This document shows positions 8,430 through 18,000 of a stretch of 64,000 nt of DNA, piece by piece. Numbering within the stretch: position 1 is the first letter of the stretch; every line of letters begins with the position of its first letter. The notes under the pieces are model-generated. The model searched no databases and was not told where the DNA came from. It was given only the letters and a program-made list of their open reading frames with translations. Position numbers and translations under genes: made by a program. Source of the DNA: a virus. Lineage: Duplodnaviria > Caudoviricetes. The DNA lies in IMG/VR virus record IMGVR_UViG_3300012200_000001, positions 13,863-77,862 of that record; one strand, written 5' to 3'.

Positions 8430-8875
8430 TTGAGACGATGAGCAAACGGCTCACGGGGATTGTGATTGAACGAGAGGTCCAGGAGACCCATGTCGATGTC
8501 GTGGGTCTGGGCCTGAAGGCATTCAGTCTGCGTGCTGAGATCATGGCGCTGTGGGCCGACGCGCAGCCCATCATCGATGTCATCAAGCTTCAACTGCCCA
8601 AAGTGATCAGCCGCGGACGCGAGTTGTACGCTCGGATGATGCCGGAGGAGCAGGCCATGCTCGCGGCGCAGGCTCCCGTGGCCACGTTCGATGCTCTGTG
8701 GGTTCAGGAAAAGCTCAAAAAGCTTGGCTACGACCCCGGTCCGCTCGACGGCATTCACGGACAGATGAGCAGAGCGGCGGTGCGCAAGTTTCAGGTAGAG
8801 CATGATTTGCTCCCAGACGAGTGGCCGGGGCGCGAGACGGTCATCGCGATAGGCGTTGCTCTGGCCGGATTATGA
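8426..8875 (+). CDS. Peptidoglycan-binding domain protein
   Basis: WVQEKLKKLGYDPGPLDGIHGQMSRAAVRKFQ...DEWPGRET. Confidence 0.85.
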   Translation: MIETMSKRLTGIVIEREVQETHVDVVGLGLKAFSLRAEIMALWADAQPIIDVIKLQLPKVISRGRELYARMMPEEQAMLAAQAPVATFDALWVQEKLKKLGYDPGPLDGIHGQMSRAAVRKFQVEHDLLPDEWPGRETVIAIGVALAGL

Positions 8876-9345
8876 GCGATCCCTTCCACGCGCGGGCAAA
8901 TGGCGTTCTCTACCGATCTTTCCCCGCTATTGCCTCGGGTTTGCTCATCTTCTTAGCGACGCAGGCCCTTCTTGGTTTGATTTGGGCCGCGCAGCTTGGC
9001 GCACGGCTCTCGGCACTAGAGCTTCAAGCCACGAATATCGTGAACACCTTGCTGCGTTTTGACGAGCAAGGAACAAGACAACTGCCGCTGTTGCGACAGA
9101 CGCTAGAGCGCACAAACGCTCAGCTTGATGTTGGCATGAAACGGCTCGATGCTTTGGAGAATCGAAATCACGAGAATCTTGTGGTATTCACCAAGGAGTC
9201 CACTGTCATTCGCAGCAGTATCGATGTTCTGAAAAGCGATATGACTCGAGTGCAGGAGCAACAAACGAGAATCATTCAGTCGCTCGATTCGACCTATAAC
9301 CTGATCAATGAACATCTTCGCACCCATGCGGCAGAGCACAAGTAG
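8872..9345 (+). CDS. TM-anchored coiled-coil protein, possibly lysis or spanin-related
   Basis: ATG overlaps the previous stop. One N-terminal TM helix is followed by heptad-rich helix. Confidence 0.65.
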   Translation: MSDPFHARANGVLYRSFPAIASGLLIFLATQALLGLIWAAQLGARLSALELQATNIVNTLLRFDEQGTRQLPLLRQTLERTNAQLDVGMKRLDALENRNHENLVVFTKESTVIRSSIDVLKSDMTRVQEQQTRIIQSLDSTYNLINEHLRTHAAEHK

Positions 9346-9766
9346 AATAGGGATCGCCGGATTGTGTTGGCTTACGATGGTTTCGACGGCGGTGGCGCAA
9401 GGAGCTGGGGTCGGGGCGAACCGCATCGGGCATGCAATCGACATTCGCGGCACAGTTGAAAGCAACGTGATGGGTCATGCTTCGCCATTGTACAAAGGCG
9501 GTGTGGTCTACGGCGATCAATGGGTGAATACGCGCGCAAACAGCGTCGCCGGGCTTGGTTTGATCGACGAATCGAAGATCCACATCGGCCCAAATTCGTC
9601 GGTCAAATTGGACAAATCGAAATATGATCCGGCCAAACGCGGTGGTATCGTCAGTCTGCGGATCAGGGGTGGAACCCAAGCGCTGGTGAATACAGCTGCC
9701 ACCGATTCGACCAATTATCGCCTCAGGGACCCCAATGGGGTCTTGTCAGTCGGCGGCGGTCGCTGA
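9308..9766 (+). CDS. FecR-like domain protein with signal peptide
   Basis: Signal-like N-terminus (AVA-Q), then V..G.....TRANSVAGLGLIDESKIHIGPNSSVKLD...VSLRIRGG. Confidence 0.7.
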   Translation: MNIFAPMRQSTSRIGIAGLCWLTMVSTAVAQGAGVGANRIGHAIDIRGTVESNVMGHASPLYKGGVVYGDQWVNTRANSVAGLGLIDESKIHIGPNSSVKLDKSKYDPAKRGGIVSLRIRGGTQALVNTAATDSTNYRLRDPNGVLSVGGGR

Positions 9767-10292
9767 CGAACAAAGGGAGGCTTCATTGCGAGGGCTCATC
9801 GTCGTGACAGGTCTGTTGTCGTGCATGACTTGGGCTCACGCCCAGCAAGTACTCAGCGTCGGCAGCAACAAGGTCGAGATCGTGACTAATCCCGATCCGC
9901 GCGCCGAATGTGCGACCAAGCTCAGGCTGGTCGAAGGCGAGATCGAATACAAGATCGCGAAAACCGGCAAGATTGTTCGACTGAGAAATCGATACGAAAG
10001 CAATGTCGCCTGCATCACTCGAGCCGGTGACGTGAGGTATTCCACCAGCACGCGATCCATTCTAACTTTCTCCGCCGACGCATCCGCCTCTGAGTTCCCC
10101 GGCTCTGGGTTCGAAGCCACATCGGAGGGCATCGGAACGCCCTCTCAATTCTCCGGCGATGTTTCGGGCGCGGCGTTGATCGCGCCGAATGCCGCTCTCT
10201 CTGGGTTGTTCATCTTCGTCCCGGCGTTTGGTTTGATTGGTCCACTCTTCCTGTCTTCCGGCGCAGGCCAGCCTTCGCCGATATCGCCATAG
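9735..10292 (+). CDS. Exported or membrane protein
   Basis: Signal-like segment (AHA-Q) and a hydrophobic C-terminal segment. Confidence 0.55.
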   Translation: MGSCQSAAVADEQREASLRGLIVVTGLLSCMTWAHAQQVLSVGSNKVEIVTNPDPRAECATKLRLVEGEIEYKIAKTGKIVRLRNRYESNVACITRAGDVRYSTSTRSILTFSADASASEFPGSGFEATSEGIGTPSQFSGDVSGAALIAPNAALSGLFIFVPAFGLIGPLFLSSGAGQPSPISP

Positions 10293-10301
10293 GAGTGCGT
10301 C

Positions 10302-10487
10302 TTGGTCTGCGAGTATTGCGACGGAACTCAGACTATCTTAAACGATGAGCACTCAGCTTGGCCTGGAACATATAGGTGGTGCGAATGGTGTACTCCCCGC
10401 GGCAAGCCTAGGCCGCCGGGGCCCGGTCTGTGGCACTGCGCCACCACGACCGGTGTTCTGGCCTGGGAAAAAATCAGCGATTATTAA
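10302..10487 (+). CDS. Small Cys-rich hypothetical protein
   Basis: AGGAG RBS, with CEYC and CEWC motifs. Confidence 0.55.
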   Translation: MVCEYCDGTQTILNDEHSAWPGTYRWCEWCTPRGKPRPPGPGLWHCATTTGVLAWEKISDY

Positions 10488-10499
10488 AGGAGGATCAGG

Positions 10500-10664
10500 A
10501 TGACATTTTTCATGGATCGCACCGGCCCGCTGCTCCGGTACGAAGATGGAATCCTTCGCGTTGAGGATCTGAACCCTGAGATTAGGACTCGATGGCGCAT
10601 GACTCGCCGTGAGCGGTTTGTGGTTGGGCTCCGGTTCGTCTTGTCTGCGTTGTTGCAGAAATAG
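10500..10664 (+). CDS. Small hypothetical protein (54 aa, below the ORF-track cutoff)
   Basis: AAGGAGG RBS. Translation MTFFMDRTGPLLRYEDGILRVEDLNPE... Confidence 0.6.
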   Translation: MTFFMDRTGPLLRYEDGILRVEDLNPEIRTRWRMTRRERFVVGLRFVLSALLQK

Positions 10665-10676
10665 TATCAGTCAAAG

Positions 10677-10916
10677 ATGAGCGAAGCAGCAACAAGGGCC
10701 GCTACGCCGCCGCAGAGCGAGCAGAACTGCGGTAACTGCCGTGCGTACTTGGAAGATGTAACAACCCCTGATGGCGTGGGGTGGTGTCGCTTTTGGCCGC
10801 CCACCCTTCTCATGACTCCGCCGGTCGGAGGCTCCGCATTCGGCAATCCGGAGTCGTTTCATCCAGAGGTAAAGGCGGATGATTGGTGTGCGCAGTGGGC
10901 ACCGATGGAAAAATGA
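10677..10916 (+). CDS. Small Cys-cluster protein
   Basis: CGNC...GWCRFWPP...HPEV...WC pattern. Confidence 0.7.
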   Translation: MSEAATRAATPPQSEQNCGNCRAYLEDVTTPDGVGWCRFWPPTLLMTPPVGGSAFGNPESFHPEVKADDWCAQWAPMEK

Positions 10917-11101
10917 CCTGGGTCATGTGGGTTACCCTGTTGTCCGGCCAGGCGATCTACGCTGGCGAGTATCAAACTTGGCATCGGTGCAGTCGTGCAA
11001 TCGAGATGCAGCAGAGATACTGGGTCGGGAAGCACGCGGCAGATAAGATGGAATGCAGGCTATCGACGGTGACACCCCTAAAAGGAAGAGATAACTTTTG
11101 A
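10913..11101 (+). CDS. Small hypothetical protein
   Basis: ATG overlaps the previous stop (ATGA). Translation begins MTWVMWVTLL. Confidence 0.55.
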   Translation: MTWVMWVTLLSGQAIYAGEYQTWHRCSRAIEMQQRYWVGKHAADKMECRLSTVTPLKGRDNF

Positions 11102-11102
11102 A

Positions 11103-11384
11103 ATGAGCCTAATGAAACGCTGTGGCAACTGTTTCTTTGCGAGGCTTAATCCGCAGATTATCGCGCAGGATATATCGAAGCGGGTATGTTACGGCGCACC
11201 TCCAAGTGCGATCCAACTGCCAACGACAGGTGGCCGGATGACATTGCAAATGGCGCGGCCGATTGTAGGGGTAACCGAAGATGCATGCTCGCTACATCGC
11301 GCCAAGGATGAGGCGGATACGGCACGCGATCACGATGCCATGCACGAGCTGCAACAGATGAAGAATATGGAGACCAAGCAGTGA
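11103..11384 (+). CDS. Small Cys-cluster protein, similar to 10677-10916
   Basis: CGNC...VCYGAPP...RPIV...AC pattern. Confidence 0.7.
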   Translation: MSLMKRCGNCFFARLNPQIIAQDISKRVCYGAPPSAIQLPTTGGRMTLQMARPIVGVTEDACSLHRAKDEADTARDHDAMHELQQMKNMETKQ

Positions 11385-11520
11385 ACCGGAAATGGTGGCG
11401 CAGACTAGCTCAACGAATTGCCTACCCGAAAATGTGGCCGGTGGTTGTCTCGTATTGGATGCCGATGAACGATGAGACTGCGCCACCGCGAATCGGGGTT
11501 TCCGTTAATGGCACAGTGAT

Positions 11521-13107
11521 TTGGTATGGAGTTCTAACGTGAGCTACGTCACCTACCTCCGCGACTCGCTCCGCAACTTTGTCACGGGACTAGGTCAGCT
11601 CGGCGTCGATCCGAACAAGAGCGTTGAATACATTCTCACGCTGTTGGATCGAAACACTCTCGAAAATATGTATCGCGGAGATTGGTTGGCTCGCAAGATA
11701 GTCGAAGCGCCAGCCGAAGACATGACGCGCGAGTGGCGCGCCTGGCAAGCAAACCAGCAGCAGATTGAGGCGCTGGAGTTGGTTGAGAAGACCCTGGATC
11801 TTCAGCGCAAGGTCAAGCAATGGATCAGCAAAGCTAGATTGTACGGAGGCTCGGCACTCGTCATTGGCGTGGACGACGGTAATGATCCTAGCCAACCGCT
11901 TGATCTAGAAAAGTGCAGCAAGGATTGTCTGAAGTACGTGGTGGTGCTGCACCGCTTCGAACTCAATGCTGGTCCGCGCATCTACAACGTGATGGATCCC
12001 TACTACACGCGACCGGCCTATTACACCGTTGCGACGCCGATGTTTGGTTTTGAGGGCGGATCGGGGACGACGACGCCGTCGGTACGTGGACAGCCCGAGC
12101 AAGTGCCGGGTGCGGTCAATCCGGTCAAGAGCTTTTTCAGTAATGTGATTCCGTTTAGTAAAGGCCGACAACAAGAGCTAAGCACGATCCCCACAAACAT
12201 GGGCATGACACAGATTCATCCCAGCCGCGTGCTCGAGCTTCCTGGCAATGAGCTACCCGACTGGCGGCTTGCTCCGCTCGGCGGCGGCTGGGGCGATAGC
12301 GTGTTGCAGACCGTGGTCGATACGGTCAACAGTTTCACGGGCAGCATTCAATCCATTGCTGCAATGGTTAACGACGGCAAGATGGATGTTGTCAAAATCC
12401 CAAACATGGCGCTGAGCCTGATATCACCGGAATATAAGAACAAGATGCTTGATCGGTTCACTCTGTCGGCTCAGACCAAGAGTGCACTTTCCGTGCTGAT
12501 ATTGGACAAGGAGGAGGAGTGGGACCGGATACAGACCAATTATAGTGGCCTGCCGATGATCTTGCATGAGTTCATCACTCTCATCAGCGGTGCGGCCAGT
12601 ATTCCGGTTAGTCGTTTGTTCGGCACGGCATCGGGCATGGGATTGCAGGGCGGCAGTACGAGCGGCGGGCCGGACGATGTGCGCAACTATTACGATGATT
12701 GCGTGAACAAGCAGAAGAACGAGATCGCGCCGCGCCTCGCAATGCTCGACCAGGTGATGATGCGCAGTGCGCTCGGTAAGGCCGATCCTAACATTCACTA
12801 CGAATGGAATCCGCTGTGGCAACTCAGCGAAGGCGACAAGGCCAAGATCGGGCTTGAGAAGGCGCAAGCGACGCAAGTTTATGCAACCATTGGCATCATT
12901 AACGCGGATGCCTTCCGTGAAGGCGTGGTCAATCAGCTGATCGAGGATGGGACCTATCCGGGGCTCGACGATGCCATTGAAAAATATGGATCGGAACCAG
13001 AGGAAGGCGACGATACTGGAGGCTATCAACCCAGTGGCGAGCCCGCGCCCGATGCGAGTGGCGGAGGGAGTCCGGAACCAGGGCGGTTCAACTGGAAAGC
13101 ATCATGA
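11521..13107 (+). CDS. Portal protein (DUF1073-type)
   Basis: RDSLRNFVTGLG, YRGDWLARKIVEAPAEDMTREW, ARLYGGSALV, AASIPVSRLFG, NYYD. First gene of the head cluster. Confidence 0.92.
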   Translation: MVWSSNVSYVTYLRDSLRNFVTGLGQLGVDPNKSVEYILTLLDRNTLENMYRGDWLARKIVEAPAEDMTREWRAWQANQQQIEALELVEKTLDLQRKVKQWISKARLYGGSALVIGVDDGNDPSQPLDLEKCSKDCLKYVVVLHRFELNAGPRIYNVMDPYYTRPAYYTVATPMFGFEGGSGTTTPSVRGQPEQVPGAVNPVKSFFSNVIPFSKGRQQELSTIPTNMGMTQIHPSRVLELPGNELPDWRLAPLGGGWGDSVLQTVVDTVNSFTGSIQSIAAMVNDGKMDVVKIPNMALSLISPEYKNKMLDRFTLSAQTKSALSVLILDKEEEWDRIQTNYSGLPMILHEFITLISGAASIPVSRLFGTASGMGLQGGSTSGGPDDVRNYYDDCVNKQKNEIAPRLAMLDQVMMRSALGKADPNIHYEWNPLWQLSEGDKAKIGLEKAQATQVYATIGIINADAFREGVVNQLIEDGTYPGLDDAIEKYGSEPEEGDDTGGYQPSGEPAPDASGGGSPEPGRFNWKAS

Positions 13108-15098
13108 CGCTTGCTCTCAGCCTCTGCGGGCCCCACCGTGCTCTGCCCACGCATGCAGAGCTGCAGGATGCACGGGCTGGGAAAGACCCGACCAAGACGT
13201 ATTACCTACGCGCGCGCATGCGAGCGGAAGGTGACCGGCGCTGGCAGACGTTGGCGCAGACGGTGCGTCAGGCGTTGATCGAGCACGATCTCATAGGAAT
13301 GCGCGGTATCGGTCGGCTCCCATATGCCGACAAGGCCGAGGGCTTTGCGGCGTGGCTGCGTGAGGAGCTGCGGCACAAAGTATTCGGCTTGGACGGCCGT
13401 TGGCTCAGACCGTACGTGCAGCAGGCGGCCGTGATCGCACAGAAGCATGTGAACCAGTTAGCTCCTGGTGGGAAAGTTGACTCGACTCGAGTCGCTACCA
13501 TGGAGAACTTTGCAGTCAGCGAGCTACGCGGCATCTGTGAGGCGGCGCAGCAGCAGATGATCCGGGTCGTGACGCATTCGATCATGGCCAACGATACGCC
13601 GACGCAAGCGGCCAATGCGCTATCCGGCGTGATCAAGACCATGCGCAATCGCACGCGCGCTATGAGCGAGTATGTGATCGCCAAGACCCATGGCACTTGC
13701 ACGCTCAGCGCATTCCGTGATGCCGGAGTGCAGCAGGTTGGGATCATTCCCGAGCGATTGCGCAAGCGGCGTGTTGTGCAGGGTCCGCACGGTAAGACGC
13801 TCGTGAGCGATTGGCTACGTAGCCATTCATCTCGCGTAACTTTCTTCACTCACGAACGTGACATAAAAAAGTTACGTTCAGACAACCGCACGCAATCAAG
13901 GGACGCCAAGCAACCTGTCGGTGGCCCCGGCTCCCGTGTTAGCAGGACCGAGACGCCGTCGGCCGCCACGATTGCGCGTATCGAAAGGGCACAGGAGAAG
14001 ATCGAAGAGGTCGAGGGGATAGGGGGCGTCGAGGTGGTCACGGCGGGCGACGAGGACGTGTGCGTCATCTGCGAAGATATAAGCGACGAGGGCCCTTACG
14101 ATCTCGATACGGCGGAGTCGCTGATACCAGCCCACGCATGGTGCCGATGTAGCTTTTACCCTGCCGGTGAAACGACGGATGCGCTTTGGGATTGGGATCC
14201 GGAGCAGCATCCACGCGGCAAGACGTCAGAGCAATCGACAGGTGGAAGCTTTGCTCCTGGTGAATTACCGCTTTCGGGCGGTGGGGAACCAGAGCCGGGA
14301 AAGAACCGCTTTATCGAGGCGCTCGAGTCTGGCGAAGAAAAAATAGGCCAGACGTGGATGCAGCGCGGATCAACGCGAGATGTACAAAAGCTTGCGCGCG
14401 ATGCGGTCGTCAGCGTTGGTGATGATAATTTCGAAACCGCAGTCATTGTTGGCGAGCATCGTCCCGACGGGACACTTGTCGGAGCTGCCCCGGCGGGGGG
14501 TGCTCATAGTGTTGGTGTGTCGCCGAAACTGATAGCCAAATTCGGGGTGCATGAGCTGCATCATAATCATCCGTCACCATTACCTGTTTCCGGCCCGGAT
14601 ATCAGCTTGCTCAATCGACGTCCCGGGGAGTTGGCGGTGTGGGCGCACACCGATGACGCCTCGTCGAAGGCTAGCATCCCTGGCCGTGATGCCGAGCATC
14701 CAAACATGTCGATTGTCGGGGATGCCGATCCCAATGTTTATACATTGCGGGAGCCAAAGCCGACTGAAGCCTTCGATAGGTTCTTGATGGAATATCACGA
14801 CGAGGTTGGCAACGAAGCTGGAAACACCTTGCAGCGCCTTCAATACCAGCTGCGTAGAGAATTCGCAGACGAAAAGGAATTGGAGAGCGCCAACCGTTTT
14901 GTGCTCTATCATCCGCTGGTGCAAGGGCTGGTGAATGCGGGCCTGGTCAAGCATGATTATCAACCCGGGGCATTCGAGCGCGGGCTTTTGCGCAAACACG
15001 GTCGTGCCATCAAGCGGATCACCGAGATCGCTGACCGGGCCATGGCCGACGGAATCAAACGCCACAACCTGCATATCGCCGATGTTGGTCTCAATTGA
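13104..15098 (+). CDS. MuF (gp7-like) head morphogenesis protein with C-terminal JAB/MPN-like domain
   Basis: MuF Zn motif TAGDEDVCVIC...PAHAWCRC, then linker WDWDPEQHPRG, then E...HNHPSPLPVSGPD. Confidence 0.85.
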   Translation: MTLALSLCGPHRALPTHAELQDARAGKDPTKTYYLRARMRAEGDRRWQTLAQTVRQALIEHDLIGMRGIGRLPYADKAEGFAAWLREELRHKVFGLDGRWLRPYVQQAAVIAQKHVNQLAPGGKVDSTRVATMENFAVSELRGICEAAQQQMIRVVTHSIMANDTPTQAANALSGVIKTMRNRTRAMSEYVIAKTHGTCTLSAFRDAGVQQVGIIPERLRKRRVVQGPHGKTLVSDWLRSHSSRVTFFTHERDIKKLRSDNRTQSRDAKQPVGGPGSRVSRTETPSAATIARIERAQEKIEEVEGIGGVEVVTAGDEDVCVICEDISDEGPYDLDTAESLIPAHAWCRCSFYPAGETTDALWDWDPEQHPRGKTSEQSTGGSFAPGELPLSGGGEPEPGKNRFIEALESGEEKIGQTWMQRGSTRDVQKLARDAVVSVGDDNFETAVIVGEHRPDGTLVGAAPAGGAHSVGVSPKLIAKFGVHELHHNHPSPLPVSGPDISLLNRRPGELAVWAHTDDASSKASIPGRDAEHPNMSIVGDADPNVYTLREPKPTEAFDRFLMEYHDEVGNEAGNTLQRLQYQLRREFADEKELESANRFVLYHPLVQGLVNAGLVKHDYQPGAFERGLLRKHGRAIKRITEIADRAMADGIKRHNLHIADVGLN

Positions 15099-18000
15099 TC
15101 CGCCGGGATTGTTTGCAAAACCAGCACAGTGGCAGAGCTTTGTCGCTGATATGGAGCAGCGGCTAGCTGAGGGCCACGAGGATGCAAGGCCGTGGCTCGA
15201 ATGGGGGCGCAAGCATCTCGGCACGCATGACTTCGATCCTGACCAGCCGCGCGACCCGCAGGGTAAATGGACTGGCACGGGAGGAGGGACTCCGGCCTAT
15301 CATGGTTCGCCGTATGCCTTTTCCGAATTTGCGAGCAAGGTTGGCAGCGGTGAGGGCACGGATGCCTTCGGCCACGGGCTGTACTTTTCCGAGAACCGCG
15401 CGGTCGCCGAGCATTACCGGCGCGCGCTGAGCGGGCTGCGCGGGCAACCGGCGGGCGGCGTGCTGTACGAGGTCGATCTCGACGTCGAGCGCAGCAAGCT
15501 GCTTGACTGGGACAAGCCGCTAAGCCAGCAGCCGGAAATCTCCAAAATCCTGCGCGATCAAATTGGAACGGCGGCGACGCCGTTCAGCGGCGAAACGAAC
15601 AAGGATATTGCCGACCTGTTGCGTAAGGATGCGAAGGGCGAGGCGATCATGGAGAGGGTCAGCGGCTCCCCGCAAGGCGTTCTGCACAAGCTGAAGGAGG
15701 GCAGCGATGCGCTGCATGAGATCGGCATTCAGGGCGTGAAATATCTCGACAAGCGTTCGCGGGCAAAGGGTGAGGGTACGAGCAATTACGTCGTGTTTGA
15801 TCCGAAGCGCGTCCACATCGTGCATGCCCACCAGTTTGCAGATGCTGCGAAGAAGGGCATCAGGGTCTTCTTCATGGGGCTGGGGCATCCGCATCAACAG
15901 CCAGCAGGCGGCGGAGACGCCTATGACGATGATCGGGCACGCTACGATCCTGGTGAAATCAGCGTGCATGGTGGTGAGTTTGCACCGGAAGGCGGTGCGG
16001 TTGGCGGGCCTGATTACGAACCAGGCGGCGTCAAGTATGAGGAAGGTCGGCGGCTTACCAGCAATTACATCGCCCGCGAAGCCTCTGGCTATAAGCCCAA
16101 CTCACGTAAAGTGCCGGACGTTGCGCAGGAATTGAATGGCCGTGCGCAGAAAATTCTTCAGCAGGAAGTTAATGTCAAAGAAATCACGCGGGAGAACGCT
16201 ACTCCGCAGCTTGAGAATTACATCGCTAAGACGTTGGCTATGGAGCTGAAGGACGGGTTGCGCAACGGTCATTCGACGGAGACGTGGTACAGCGACAAGA
16301 TGCAGCGAACGATGCAGATTGCATCAAAGCTGCATCCCGAAATCAGCGCCGATCCAGGTAAACGGTTTGCGTTCATTGCTGCGCTTAGCATTGTTAGCCA
16401 GGGCGAGCGTGTTAACCGAGCCGGACGAAATGCCGATGAGGCATACACGCGCTTCAACAAAGACGGGAAATTTCCGACCGATATCAAGGTTGCTGATCCG
16501 AACATCACCGGCAATTTTCAGAAGATGAATAAGCTGATTGCTCGCTTTGGCCTCGAAGGCACCAAGAAAATTTTTGATACCCAGTACACCAATCGTGATC
16601 TGCTTGAGGCGACTGGCTATAAAGTTGGCAAGACCAACATGGATGACAAGGTCTATGGGTCTGCTGTGTTGGGCCCGAAGATCGGACAGGGCTTTTATCA
16701 GAATCTGAATGGCAACTTTGACCCGCTCACGATGGATATGTGGTTCATGCGTTCGTGGGGGCGTCTCACTGGCACTGGTATTGGCCATACCGACATGAAC
16801 GAGCAGCGCGACAAGCTGCGAACCGAGCTGAAGCGCAAAGGCAAAGCAGCGCCGTCAAGCATGGAGAGGCTTCTGGGCATTGCACAGAAAACAATAGATG
16901 TGCATGAGGCTGACTATAAAGAAACACGTAGACCGAAGACTCCGCTCGAACATGCCGCGGAGCGTTTTGTCTACAACTACAGTGGGGCGATGGTCGAAGC
17001 ACCGAAGGGTGGCAATGATCGTATTTGGATTACATCGGTCTTCGATAAAGCGCTTAATCTCTTGCATAAGGAAGGAACTCATCTTACGCGCGCGTCTGGG
17101 CAAGCTACGTGGTGGACGCCTGAGCAAGGACTGTACAAACGTCTTGGTGCGCGCGTCCCTCAATACGACACTGACTATGCTAAAGTGTTTGAGAGGATCG
17201 CCAGGGAAAAGGGCGTGACCGTGGATGCGAAAATGACACTCGAGTTCGCGCCGTGGATCGATGATCCCGATTCGCCTGATAACATGACCGAAGCTGAAAT
17301 GGATCGCATGGTCGAGGGCTTTGTCCATCTTCAAAGTAAAGCAGCAAGAGACTATGACCCGGATCAGCCGCGCGTACCAAAGGGTTCGGGCGAGGGTAGC
17401 GGAGAGTGGACAGCAGCCGGTGGCGGCGGTGGCTTTGAGTTTGTCTCGCCCAATATTGAGCACACCGGTTTCGAAGGTGCCCTACGTGGGCTGACCGGTG
17501 ATCGACAGCGGGCCTTGCGCCTAGCGGCGACCGAGATCGATGGCACTCTCGGCCTCGACAGTGTCCACACCAACATTGTGGGAGCCTGGTCCGATGGTGC
17601 CGAGAACTCGATCCTGAGCGAGGTGGAAAATCCGGACTGGGACAAGCTCAAGCTCAGCGGTGCAATGAAGGGTTATCTGGCCGACCAGAAGTCGGTCCTG
17701 TTGTTCAAGCAGGACGACAAGGGTAAGGCGGTCCTTTACAAGTGGGCGATGCCTGGTACGCTCGAGAGTGCCCACAGGGAGTTGATGCAGGCTGGTATTA
17801 CGGACCACACCTTGCAGAAACAGACATCTGGCGTTACGGCATATGTAGTTGATCGAGACGGAAAATTGCATGACAAAATCGCCCACGCCTCCTCCGGGGC
17901 AGACGTCGAATACCAGTTCGGACGCGCAGAATTTATCGGAACTACAAAAGACGACGGAACCGACCGCCAGCAGCGAGACGACGCGCGAAGAGCTTATGCG

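Noticed and set aside
11521-13107. Anti-CBASS Acb1 label that automated pipelines may give DUF1073 proteins
   Set aside because: No paired HxT/HxS 2H-phosphoesterase motifs were seen. Motifs and synteny are those of a portal.
13054-14305. Similar peptides SGGGSPEPGR (portal C-terminus) and SGGGEPEPGK (MuF)
   Set aside because: Short, low-complexity Gly/Pro sequence with only two copies; cannot be distinguished from chance.
14935-15098. Upstream extension of the polyvalent ORF, or a frameshift fusing it to MuF
   Set aside because: The extension overlaps the MuF-JAB coding region and no slippery heptamer is present. ATG 15082 with a short overlap explains it as ordinary translational coupling.
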